NCBI GenBank assembly: GCA_002633005.1
Contig: NMRA01000441.1
Span: 310,001-374,000, forward strand
Reading direction: 5' to 3'
From: Phoronis australis
Taxonomy: Eukaryota; Animalia; Phoronida
DNA: 64,000 nucleotides
Made by a program: the position numbers and the translations under genes
In this document: positions 1 to 13,700 of the stretch, piece by piece
Layout of the letters: every line of letters begins with the position of its first letter
Position numbering within the stretch: position 1 is the first letter of the stretch
The notes under the pieces: generated by a model
Told to the model about the DNA's origin: nothing
What the model saw: the letters and a program-made list of their open reading frames with translations, nothing else
Database searches by the model: none

Positions 1-1689
1 ACCAAGTTTTCAACTGATGAAGCAGCGAAAAGATACTTTTATCAAATATTTACAGTGCATTGATTTGGAATCTACCGTATCACACAGATAAAATTTCGTC
101 AATGTTTAATTGGCATCAACACAGCCAACAAAAATAATGTATCAAGATTGTAAGACACCATTTTACCTTAAGGGTGAGAAGATGAAATTTAATCAGTCTG
201 GTCAATAACCACAACAAAAGATCACAAATCAAACAATCTTCAACAAATGTGTGCCCTAGCTGGTGTTACACGCAAAACTATAACTAGCTCCAATTTAATA
301 AAGAAAGAAATACCACAAGCTCATATTTCCGACAGCTGAAGGATGACAAACCATTTGAACGGAATAATGCTAATGTCGTGACAAAAAATTTCTTACATAC
401 ACGCCAAAAGCAACCAGAAAAAATGATGACTTATTATTCCCAGCCATGACTGCTGGGTGCAAGCGGCATGCCCCGTCATGACAGGTTGAGTTTACACAAC
501 AGAGGCTGTCATAGTAGCCTTCCATAATGATGTCGAACAAAGGGGGAATTTTCCAAAAAGTTAATTAGTTGGAAAGGTCTTCACGTTTCCTATAGGAAGG
601 TTGTAATGAATTGTAAATAAACCTTGGGATATGCAATAAAGATGCATCACATTGCCAGCTAAGGGGCACAATACACGTGCATCGCCCATCACCACTGCAG
701 GTGACAGATGTATTTAAATCCAACAGTGAAAATGAACAGTAAGATTTCAGTGTGATCGAGTTTTTGAAATCCTCAACCGCATTAAACTTTTTCACGAGGA
801 CACTATTTGGTAATAGCCAATAACAGGGGCCCACGTATTTGAGAACCATTTTTTCCCACTAAATAACAGGCATTAAACTGATTCTCAAATGTGGCAGCCC
901 TGTAAGTGACTATGGTATACAATGATTCTACCTTCTTTCTTTATAAATGGGTCAATATTCGCAAGGATAATTTTGCAATTGCGTTTCATTTACTCAGTCA
1001 TGGGACATTGTGATCTTAATACCAAGGTTAAAACGACACACGTGCTATTGCAAAAATGAGATTCTGACTGGGCACAGAATGGTGAAGTTCTTACTGCTTT
1101 CACCTTGGCATGACAAACCTGGCACAATGACGACGCAGTGCTACCTTGTGATGGCTTTGCCAATGAGATAATGCTTGCAAAGTGCACTCACTGTATATGT
1201 ACACAACACACACCGGGATTTTCGATAGATAAGCCCAAGGGCATGTATTCAGAAAATGAAAATTTGCAGGCGTTTTAGTAACACCAAATAAACGCCCGGA
1301 CGTTTATTCGGAAAAGGAGGGCGTGTAAACGGAAAGTCATAGTTTTGCTAACTTTGACTTTTACTAAAAACTGTTTTTAAACTTTACCCAAATAAATGCA
1401 TAATTCACCAACATGAGAACTGATTTTGGCTCCTGCATAGAACTGAAAACTCGTAACTGCTCGGAACTCTGCGTGGTGAATAAAATGACACGTCATGACT
1501 AGTCAACTTGCAGAGACGGGTTTCAAGCAATGACAAACTGTCAGCTCTTTCCAAGACCAAAAACCACACCTACCTCGACAAAGGAAAATTCTGAGACCAA
1601 TTTCATCATGGTATGTGGCCTATATCAAAATTTTTTTTTGTGAGGTGGATTGATCGACACTTTAAATAACAATAGCACTAGGTGCTTAC

Positions 1690-1773
1690 CTGGTCAGACA
1701 ACGATGCGTAGTTATAGTGGGGCTCAAACATGTGAGGTGATAATGACTCTGCCGCTAGGAAGAAAGCCCTGGC
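1690..1773 (-). CDS. TTC8: TTC8 exon 10
   Basis: ARAFFLAAESLSPHMFEPHYNYASLSDQ then GTAAG donor. Confidence 0.92.
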
Positions 1774-4700
1774 CTGCAAACAAGCAAGTTAAACACTTAA
1801 TAAATATATAAACATGAACCATGACAAAGCAGCAAGCACCTAAAGAAATAAATACTACAACACAGGTAGTTGTAATAATACATTAATGTATTTGGTCATA
1901 CAACAATAATGTATGGTTGTATTACAAGATGTTCCAAGCACGTGCACTCCTCGATAGCAGAGGGTGACATGGACCCAGATATTAAAACTGATGACTAGAT
2001 GAGCATCTCACCATGAAATTAGCATTATTAAACGGGACGAGAGAAATCACTAACAAAAATGAATAGTTACAATATAGAAGCACATTAAGATTTTTAATAT
2101 TCTTTCTTCCAAATTATGCGTTCCTTCTGTTTAATACATTTTACTATATTTTTCATGTTCCAATGTTGAGTTTATTTTCTGATTGAAATCTCTATGCATG
2201 TCCCTCGCTACTACCCGTGCAAATACTCAGAACGTTCAGTGACACAGCATTACATTTTTACTGAATTTCACCAATTCAGCCCAAAAGCTGGACAGGCCCA
2301 ATTCCAAGCAAACTTCATCCAAGACCACTCAAAGTGACAATCAATACATCCTGGGCACCTGGCTGATGCATATTGCATGTTTTTACTGTCTCTTTTTGTT
2401 AAAAGGGTTGCACGCAGTCTGGTCTTTAAATTTCATCAATTGAGCCCAAGCCACAAACGCCGACCCATTTCAATAAGCCCTTGGTTTGCAGATTACAGTA
2501 CACGGCATAAATAATTAAACAAAATGACCCGGAACTGCCCATCATAACGGCTTCGTGCAAGCAACATTACCATGACAACTGAGTACAAGTTGAGTGACGT
2601 CATGACCCACCAGACAAAATTTCGTTTTCCTCATGATAATTAAATGGAATTTTGTCTGCTCAATTTTGCCATATATTGTAATTTAAAATTGAATGTTCAA
2701 TAACACCTATCCAACAATGGTGAATATGCCTTAGAAGAGCCGAGTTTGAACCAGGGAGCAGGGTCAAGCCTCGTTTTCTTCACTGGTTAGTGCACAAATA
2801 ACATCAATGAAAAAATTCGTAGAACAAAAATAAAAAGATGAAAGTTCCCAGGATGTGTACCCTTCAACATACATATAGTTCAACCACTTTACAGATTGAA
2901 TCTCAAAACCTAGGAGCAATTTTTGAGTCGTGGGTCAGTAACTCACTCACCTACGTACATTGCAAGTGATGAAGAAAATATTAAAAAACGCAATGAGACT
3001 GAATGTGATATCTGATATCGATTGAATTTTGCAGAAAAGCTTCTGTAACTCTTCAAAATCCAATGAAATGTTTTCAGTGAACAACAAGAGGTGGCACTGT
3101 TGGCAAAGCGGTGAGAATATGAACAACAATTATAGTGGAAGAAGGAACAACAAATGTCGATTTAAAATTGAGAAAAATGAGCAGTCAAGAATAATCAATT
3201 TACGGCAGCTTTAACAGAGGCAGACGTGTGGACACGGGGAAAATAAATAATTGCTTGAAGTATCTTACAGTCTCACAGTGTTCCGCTTTCGGTGAATATC
3301 TCTGTAATCAATTTATATCTTCATATAAAAATATGACAAATGTGACATAAACGCAGACAATACTAACAACCGCAGGCTAAGAGCATGACATAGCACGTAA
3401 AAATCACGGCCTAACAACTTGAGCAAACTATTATATTGGGACAAGCAGAACAACCGGCCTTTTTGTAGGCAGCAAAAATCGAAGCATATACCTCCATGAG
3501 CATAGATTTGTAGAACAGAGTAATCCAATTTAAACTCAAGGAAGTGACACGGGATCATTCGTCTTCGCGGTAAGTTGACAGTTAGTTGGAAAGGCACAGA
3601 TACTACCTCTTTACTTGGATCTATAATAAATTGAACTTCTAAATACTACGTCTGCTGAATGTATTGCTTTGGATCAGTGGTATCCCACAATTCTTCAAGT
3701 ATGTGACGTTTTACGTTATCCTTGAAAAGTCAATTGGGAGTCTTGTTTTGATTTTGCATTTGTACAAAGAACTAAATTCAAATTCTGGAATGGGGGCTAA
3801 CACTTGAAATTCTACACTAGCAATCATGCATCTGAACAAACGCTGGCACGTGGGTATTTTTGGCATGCAATCCCACATCTCTTCAGTCATTTCCTTTTCC
3901 CGATTTGATCAATTCCAGTGACGTAACACGACGCCAATTAGCATACTACCTTTGATCAAATGATGATGTTTACAAAACATGGCTTGGTCATTCACAACCA
4001 TTACCGGTAAAAGCTAAAACCATCAAATTGCTTGTAACTAACAGTTTAAAGATCACAACTAATCAGAATTGAAACAGACCAGTTCCATGTGCCCTTTCCG
4101 TAACTCTAACACGCCCAAGTTGTTATACGCCTCGGCGTGGTTGTTGTCCGCAGTTAACGCAAGGCGGAAGCACTGGTATGCCAGGTTTGTGTCACCGATA
4201 CCCTGCAAAAGACACGCCAGAGATGAACGGGAAATTCATCATTGAAATGAGGAGGATGAGGATCAAATAGACATACAACTAATTCACGGCAGTGTATGAT
4301 GCCCCGTAACACAGTACAGTACAAGCCAAAAGTATTCCGACTCGGAATTCGTCGTCATGATGGCTGGACTGGAGCAAAATTCACCATCAGAGTAGTCTCC
4401 CCTGATGACCGATAATGAAGGGGAATTAACAGGAAAGGTAGTGAGGAGACAAAGCCATTCTGTAATTAGAAGTTTGCCACCTTGATGGTCATTACCAGCC
4501 ATTTTTGTTGTTAACAGAATTAACCGTCATGACAGGGAAACGGCATTTTGTGTGATTACTTTTGTCTTGTATTGTACTTGGCCAATTCATTACTTTTGTC
4601 TTGTATTGTATCTAACATGACACTAGCAGGAGAACCTATTGACTCAAAGTTCATTGAGTGAAAAACAAAAAGAAGTTGAAAATATGTCATTCCTTGTTAG

Positions 4701-7700
4701 TTTTGTTAAAACAAGAGTATTACCAAAGCCACGTGGCCAATATTGTACCAAACGTCCGCCATGGTTTCATCATTAGCGAGCGCTAACGCTCGTTCAAAAC
4801 AGTTCAGCGTCATGTCGTACTGCTGCGAGTAAAAACAACAGAGCCCCAGATTGTTGAAGAGTTCAGTGTTGTAAACGCCCATCTGTAGCAGACGTCTGAA
4901 ACAAGGGGAGAAAATCTAAAATGAGAACAAGCTGAGATCTGACAAAGACTTCAATAAGCAATGACACATTTATTTAGCACAGCTGAACACCAGGTAAGCT
5001 GCTTTCAGAACAGGAACATCACCAACTGAGCTATGAAGACACCAGGTTAGGCACAGCAAATTTTTCAGACTAGAAGTGACACAACTAAAGATCCTTGCTA
5101 CGCAAATCAACCCAGAATCAGATGTAAATAAATCTGAGAGACTTATTACCATGACAATGTTTTCAGAATTAAGTTATTCGTTTTATCAGTTATTGGCTAC
5201 TTGTTGTTATACCAATGGCTTTTAAATCTACAATAAAGTTTGTTTAGGAAATAAAAAACATCAACTTTTATTACAGGCAAGTACATGGTCTTTGAAATTG
5301 ATTACAATGAATCACTTGGAATTGCTCTGAACACCACACACCACTGCCGACTAATCTACCATGACAAGCAACTTAGTGAGCAATTATGAGCTGTCAGCTC
5401 TTCACAAGTATAGAAATCCTTTCTAACCCGATTAAGAAACAAGATGAAACAGATTGTAAACACAGTGGTCAAAATCAAATTTGGCATTTGCTCAATATTA
5501 TATTTTGCTTAAGTAAGCCATTGTTTTATAGTTAAAAGCCTAGATATCATGGTTCGCTTTCTGGGCATAACATTTGTATTTAATATATTGTTATTTATTT
5601 GTGTAGAAACAAAAAAATCAAATTTTGATTTCTAACAGGTGCGAGTTTATTGTTCCTTCAATACATAATCTACTATCAAATAAAACTTCATGTAATAAAT
5701 ATAGAGGACCAATGAAATTTTTATTTTCTATTTTTATAAAAGAGAAGTAGTACAAAATAAATTTACCACTTTCATTTATCGGTTCTATTACATATCCACC
5801 ATCTCATAATGTTTTGAGAAATTCTGGGCATTCACAACAAAGCCTTTGAAAATGAAAAAATCAGTTTCAACAATTATTTTTGTTCGAAACTAGTGAGATA
5901 ATATCGCAAACGTCTCAAACATTTTGAACAAGAATACCCCTCAAATGCAATAACAAATTCAACAACACTCCTATGGCCAGATAAATTAAACGGGCCACGT
6001 CAACTGTATACCGAACACAATAATTTACTACCTACAAGAAAACAAAATGGTTGCACTTTTCAAACGCGTCCCAGGACATGAAGCAACGTCGATACATCAC
6101 CACACGTAACACTCCGACTTTATTACCTGTAAAATTTGAGCGCCACCTCTGGCTGATCTGTGTAGAAGTGATGTGTGGCGATGCACGCTATTGCCTCCAC
6201 ATTCATGTTGTCATAGTGCAGTACTTCCTTGTAAAACTGAGTGGCACTTGTCATGTCATTCAGTCCCTGACAAACGATGGTAGAGACAAGTCAATTGGAT
6301 TTAGACACACTTGAACAAGATGATTTAAGCCAATCATACATATTTGGGTGGTCAATATAGCTATGAGCTATGTATTAATACACACATTATATTATGCATT
6401 AATACGCACATTATATTATGCATTAATACACACATTATATTATGCATTAATACACACATTATATTATGCATTAATACACACATTATATTATGCATTAATA
6501 CACACATTATATTATGCATTAATACACACATTATATTATGCATTAATACACACATTATATTATGCATTAATACACACATNNNNNNNNNNNNNNNNNNNNN
6601 NNNNNNNNNNNNNNNNNNNNNNNNNNNNNNNNNNNNNNNNNNNNNNNNNNNNNNNNNNNNNNNNNNNNNNNNNNNNNNNNNNNNNNNNNNNNNNNNNNNN
6701 NNNNNNNNNNNNNNNNNNNNNNNNNNNNNNNNNNNNNNNNNNNNNNNNNNNNNNNNNNNNNNNNNNNNNNNNNNNNNNNNNNNNNNNNNNNNNNNNNNNN
6801 NNNNNNNNNNNNNNNNNNNNNNNNNNNNNNNNNNNNNNNNNNNNNNNNNNNNNNNNNAGGCACAGCAAATTTTTCAGACTAGAAGTGACACAACTAAAGA
6901 TCCTTGCTACGCAAATCAAACCAGAATCAGATGTAAATAAATCTGAGAGACTTATTACCATGACAATGTTTTCAGAATTAAGTTATTCGTTTTATCAGTT
7001 ATTGGCTACTTGTTGTTATACCAATGGCTTTTAAATCTACAGTAAAGTTTGTTTAGGAAATAAAAACATCAACTTTTATTACAGGCAAGTACATGGTCTT
7101 TGAAATTGATTACAATGAATCACTTGGAATTGCTCTGAACACCACACACCATTGCCGACTAATCTACCACGACAAGCAACTTAGTGAGCAATTATGAGCT
7201 GTCAGCTCTTCACAAGTATAGAAATCCTTTCTAACCCGATTAAGAAACAAGATGAAACAGATTGTAAACACAGTGGTCTAAATCAAATTTGGCGTTTGCT
7301 CAATATTATATTTTGCTTAAGTAAGCCATTGTTTTATAGTTAAAAGCCTAGATATCATGGTTCGCTTTCTGGGCTTAACATTTGTATTTAATGTATTGTT
7401 ATTTATTTGTGTAGAAACAAAAAAATCAAATTTTGATTTCTAACAGGTGCAAGTTTATTGTTCCTTCAATACAAAATCTACTATCAAATAAAACTTCATG
7501 TAATAAATATGGAGGACCAATGAAATTTTTATTTTCTATTTTTATAAAAGAGAAGTAGTACAAAATAAATTTACCACTTTCATTTATCGGTTCTATCACA
7601 TATCCACCATCTCACAATGTTTTGAGAAATTCTGGGCATTCACAACAAAGCCTTTGAAAACGAAAAAATCAGTTTCAACAATTATTTTTGTTCGAAACTA

Positions 7701-10700
7701 GTGAGATAATATCGCAAACGTCTCAAACATTTTGAACAAGAATACCCCTCAAATGCAATAACAAATTCAACAACACTCCTATGGCCAGATAAATTAAACG
7801 GGACACGTCAAAAATATACCAGACATATTAATTTACTACCTACAAGAAAACAAAATGGTTACACTTTTCAAACTCGTCACGGGTGATGAAGCAATCACCA
7901 CACGTAACACTCCGACTTTATTACCTGTAAAATTTGAGCGCCACCTCTGGCTGATCTGTGTAGAAGTGATGTGTAGCGATGCACGCTATTGCCTCTACAT
8001 TCATGTTGTCATAGTGCAGTACTTCCTTGTAAAACTGAGTGGCACTTGTCATGTCATTCAGTCCCTGACAAACGATGGTACAGACAAGTCAATTGGATTT
8101 AGACACACTTGAACAAGATGATTTAAGCCAATCATACATATTTGGGTAGTCAATATAGCTATGAGCTATGTATTAATACACACATTATATTATTTATTAA
8201 CATACACATGAGTAGTCAATAGTTTTTAACCAGGACAACTATGTATTAATTAGACTAGCAAAAATTTCCATACTTATCTGCTAGCTACATACTGAAATAC
8301 CACGACACCACTCTGATTTTGTGGTGTTTACCCACAATGCAGTGCAGCAGAAGGTGCTTGTTGAGCGCAGCTGCTGCTATACCTTACTTTATACCATATT
8401 TAATTTGACTTTCCTAATTTTACTTCAAATAAAAGAGCTTGTAAAAAAAGTTCCAGTGCTGACACTAAGAAATTTGACAACCTCAGTGGGACACTATAGG
8501 TATTCTTTACTTGTCTCACATGGCATAGAAGGGTGTTGATGACCTATCATATTGAAAAACAGGTTAATCATGCAATGCATTTTTCTACCTCCATGAAATA
8601 GGAGAGTTCAATTCAGGATGTGGCTATAGACAATGATATTATTACTACACACCATAACCACTTAACATACCTCCTGTATCCTTGCTATTCCAGTCAACAG
8701 GGATATCTCTCCAGGGAACTTCTCCACTGCCTGCTTGTAGATGTCCACTGCAGCTAACGGCTGATCCAGTCTCACATAGACTTTGGCGAGATAGAGAAAG
8801 ATATCTACCATTTCCTGCTGTTTCAGTGCTGACTTGATCTGGCGCTCAGCTTCCCTATACAGTCCCAGTCTAGAAAGTGAATAAAAATCCAATGAAAAGA
8901 TCGATAAGTGCAAACTGGATTTTTTTAGATTTCCATCATATGCAAATCGTCAGCCACAAAAAAATCTCTGCTTCCATATATTGCCATACATGAGGCCAAC
9001 TGTGATAGGTGCCTGTTTTCTTCACTCAAGGCAGTGGGTTCGAGTCCCACTGGGCACACTGCTGAACCCTTGACTCAGGTTTTTAGCTCCAAAGTAGCTC
9101 AGTTAAAATGGTTCCAGGGGATCAGTGCAATAGGCCCACATGCGTGGCCTGCGCACGTCTGGTACAATGTGTACTAGACCGTCTGCAAATAGTTATTTTT
9201 TTATACTGCCATACATGAAATTGTTGTGCGAAAGCTCATTCGTGCTCAGCTATGAGTGACAAGGACAACACTTATGTTGGAACAATTACTTGAATGGTTT
9301 GCCTCTTAAATTCTTTATATATAATCCCAAGAAAAATATAATTTTGAAGCAATCTCTGTAAACATGATCAGTTTGTTAGATGATCATTAGAATGCATTTG
9401 AAAGTAAATTGACCTGATGTTAGGGTTATATGCTACGACCCAGAGAACTTGTGCCTAATAATTTTTTCAAAACAAAACCAATAACTAATTCTGCTGAAGT
9501 CACAGACATTTCAAAGAGATAATGTGTTTTTTTGTTTCTTTTTGCTAGTGAAACTACCAACAATGTTGCCTGAGCAGACATTGCAACCTAAATTCTAAGA
9601 GGCAATGTTGCATGTCCATCCTCTTCAACTGCTGTTCTTGACAATGAAAAAACATAACTGCTCACAGAGACACCTGGTGACTTAACAAAAGACAAGTCAG
9701 AGCCATCTTATAGTTAAAGCTGGTAACATAAAGCAGTATGATAAGGACTGATTCACAACACATCCAGTAATACACTAACCTGTAGTAACACTTGCCAAGT
9801 TGAACCTTCCACCACCAATCTTTATACTGACACGCCTCTGTGGCCAGAGCAGCCAACTCTAAAGCCTGGGAGAGATAAGCAGCAACAGAGGGCGTTACAA
9901 ACACTCAAAGAAACCAGTTGTCACACCCACTTATTATTTATATACTACTATTTGTTTAACATCCGTAAGCAATACCACCAAGTTATATATTGAACATTTA
10001 GTGATGGGTTGGTAATATAAAAATATCCCTTCATGACCAATCTTCAAACACTTCCGTCGCTACTCAACTTTTGTGAGATTTACAAAAACCTAAGATGTTC
10101 CCTTGTGTATGCAGTCCACCAACAAATGCATACATCAAACACATGACTATTTAACCAAAATAAGGCACAATATCATCAATTTTGGATAAAAATAATTACC
10201 AAACATAACCTTTCTTCATTTTCAAGAGCTTCTAACACTGTTTTGAAAGCCCACAATTTTTCAAAATATTGTCTGATGGTAGGTAGATATTAAGGCTCAA
10301 ACTTGGAACATGCTAAAGCACTCATTTTGAGCTTCACATATAAAAATTTCACTTGCGGCGTCACCCTGTGCCCTACATTTTTTTTTTGGTGAAATTTTCG
10401 TTATAATACTAAAACACAAAACTGACACACTATTATCACAGCCATGGTAAAAGAAAAAAGAATTTGACACAGCAGGTTGAAACTTACATTGCGAACATCA
10501 TTCTCATGGTGAAAGATGTATTCAAACAATGCCTTAGCCAAGTTCTGTCTCTGAGCGTACTTAGAGAAATTCAGTCTGCCCAAGTTGATGAAAGGTCCAT
10601 CTGGTGTTGACAGCATACTGGCCTAGAAAGATTGAATCCGTTCAAAATAGACTTATTCTTTAACACAATAAAACTGACAATGCCAAGAACATTAATGAAA

Positions 10701-13700
10701 GGTAAAATACTAGACACGTGACAACTTGAATCTCGAAAGGTAATTGTAGTGCTGCCAGTTTAATAAATGCAATGATAACCAGCGAGAAAGTTTATACATG
10801 GTTGTCCTATAAAGCACTGGATGTCAAGGTTTGAACGAATGCATTTGTTACGGGGACACCTTGTCATGACATTTGACCTTTGAGATTCTTGTTGTGTTTA
10901 TACTTTCACCATGCATTTGACAACCTGTGGATACTAAAACAACTTCCATTTCTGTCAAGGACTTTTGATGTCTTCATTGTTGACAATGCAATTCTTGGGG
11001 TGAGAAAATGCCAGACAAACTTTTGTAGCTGATACGATAAAGAAATAGAACTTGCAAGTTTTGCGCAAAACAATTCATGTACGGCAGCATAGTTGAAATT
11101 AATCAAATACTATATTGTGATTTTAATAAAATTCTGAAAAAACAAGCATAATGCAAGACTTAGCTCAAGAGAAACCCGATACAGAAGGAGTTCCAAGAGT
11201 CCTAATCAGGGATCAATGCACTGGAAATGGCCTTCTGACCAAAGCTAACATAATGCACCAAAGCCATCATCAGGCCACCTGCATACGGAAATGAAGTTAA
11301 TACAGACTGCGCTAAAAGAGACTGCAGATTATTAAGCAACAATAAAGAGGCTAAACTATCAGACAGCAACATAAAAACATTTTCATTGATACGAAAGGGC
11401 TTAACTTACAGTTCCAAGTCTGACGTATCGGCCTGATGCGCTCGTCACTGGTCGGGCAGTGTGCGCTGTACGTGGTGTTCTGATGGCCTGCTCCATAGTT
11501 CCCGGACGACCAGACTGTGTTCCTGGCCGGGCGAAACCAGTCAAGGGTCTACCAGACTGGGAAACTGGCCTGCAAATGAAATTTGGCTCAAAACATTTCA
11601 GTAAGAATTCATCAACTGCAAAAATTAGATTGCTGCATGACATCAAAAGCATTGCTCAAATACAGAAAGGTGAAGTATGTTCATATTAATTTTACCGACA
11701 CACTGTGATTGCTTAACTCGGGCCAACTTGCTCTTTAAACTTGAAAGAGAAAAAATGACAAAATAAAGCTAAAATGACCCTTTAAATTGGGCAATAAGCT
11801 TGGCCCAAGTGGGTCAGTTTGCCCATTATTCAAAATCGAGGTGTAAATAATTTTGACTTACAAAAATATAACTTCAGAAATTCAGAAATGTTATGACAAA
11901 AGAGACGACACATAGACATGTTACCTAACTCCCTGGCTAGGCGTTCCTTGCCCAGCTCCTGGTGTTTTTAATGACGTTCCAGGACGAGCAACTTGTGCTA
12001 TAGAGTTATCGTCCATCAACATCTCAGCAATGCCTTCCTCGTCCACATCCACCTCATCAACGTAAACTTGCTCAGTTAGAGCACGTGTCTTTAAGGTCCA
12101 TGCAGCCTGAGTACAGTAGAGAAAGAATTAGTGATTCTAACATTGTGAGGGAAATTTTTGAATCATTGGAGATTTTTTTGGTCTGATGAGGGGAATTTCG
12201 TGTGATTTTTAAATATTTTTTCACATGAAAATAGGGCCAAATATCAAAGTCAAAGCACAGAGGGCCCCGAAAACACAAGCATTGGTTGGTGGGGCAACTA
12301 ATAAATACTGCCACACAGATGCAGACTTGTCAAGTCCTCCACATTTGTCGGAGGACTTGTACATTTGACACTTTTCTATAGCACACCTGCCAACTTTGGC
12401 CAGCACAGGTTTTTTGTCATGCATTCCAGTAGTTCCTCGGCAATCTGATTAATACAACCCGCATATCGATTTTGGCCTAGACATGCGATACCTGCAATAC
12501 ATCCAAACCCATCGGTTCATTTTTAGTTCGAGTTCTTAGAGCACAAGAAGTACCTAAAAAGAGGTGGTCAGTAGTCAGTAGAGTGGTCAGTATGAGGTGG
12601 TCAGTAGTCAGTAGAGTGGTCAGTATGAGGTGGTCAGTAGTCAGTAGAGTGGTCAGTATGAGGTGGTCAGTAGTCAGTAGAGTGGTCAGTATGAGGTGGT
12701 CAGTAGTCAGTAGAGTGGTCAGTATGTGGTGGTCAGTAGTCAGTAGAGTGGTCAGTATGAGGTGGTCAGTAGTCAGTAGAGTGGTCAGAATGAGGTGGTC
12801 AGTAATCAGTAGAGTGGCAATCCAAAGTACAAAATGTTAGCAAAACAAGCTGTTTTGATCCTTCAAGCAATAGCAATATACATGTACATCAAAACTAAGA
12901 AAAAGTCATGTTAGAAGATTTATTATGGGTGTGCAATGGGCCTTAAATTCCTGCAAAAAATCCCTGAATCTCCAGTGCACAGCCCAGCAACCTTTGTGTC
13001 GATGTGGGCAAAAAACCAAAATAAAATCTGACACAAAACTTGTGTCATTGAAAATTACAGTCTTTCTTGAGTAAATTAAATTATTTACAGATGTTAGAAA
13101 CATTGGACGTACTCAATAGTTTTTCTACTGGCGGCTAAGTGTAGTTATCGACATCGTGACTTTACGTGACAAACCAGTAATTCCTGTACCGTCTTGACCT
13201 CGACGGGCCCAAGGTGGAAGTGTGTGGGGGCTTTTTGTGAACATTTTTGTTCTTTGACTGCGAATTTCTTACGAAGTCGCCGTAACAGGACACCGTCAAT
13301 GGTATTGGGAGAAAGAACAATTCTTCATGGTTTGTTGAACCCCTGTTTTGTGTAAATTTATTGAGTTTTATGTTTGCTATGGACGGCTGAAGTGAAGCAC
13401 CAGTGGAATTTCAAGTCCGAAGTGTCATACCTTGTAGTATTATGTAGTGTATTGGGGACGATCAGAAGCTGAGGACGCCTGTGCATAGCACAGGAGAGAT
13501 CTTGCAAATGCATGCACCAGCTCGCTTTTCTCGCAAAAACTTGGTCGAAGAATACAAACCACAGCACACGAGAGAAACGGTGGTAGAGACTGACACTGAC
13601 TGAGTAAATATCGTAGTAGACTATAACTTTGCACAAAAGTCAAAAATAAAAATAAAATTTTGTTGACATTGGTTACCTGATCGTAAGGGTTCTTTTCGAG

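Larger units (their letters stand above)
5049..8193. repeat. ~1.34-kb near-identical direct duplication (5049-~6393 and 6858-~8193) flanking the assembly gap
   Basis: Both copies begin AGGCACAGCAAATTTTTCAGAC and align throughout with scattered SNPs and small indels. Confidence 0.92.

Noticed and set aside
14-30. CTGATGA...GAAA hammerhead-like string
   Set aside because: No stem II pairing between the core motifs
740-1000. Minus-strand YVGPCYWLLPNSV...FKNS resembling a CR1/L2 ORF2 tail
   Set aside because: Too short and decayed to support as a feature
1-1689. Search for the terminal TTC8 exon (GDLQ...FP.H...)
   Set aside because: No matching exon seen; presumed to lie left of the window
6344-7034. 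Long ORFs with repeated CINTHIIL / ALIHTLYY peptides
   Set aside because: Artefacts of the 24-bp minisatellite and the N gap
12583-12840. Repeat ORF (VVSMRWSVVSR)n and superficial CRISPR-like periodicity
   Set aside because: Contiguous 33-bp units with no unique spacers and no cas genes, inside a eukaryotic intron
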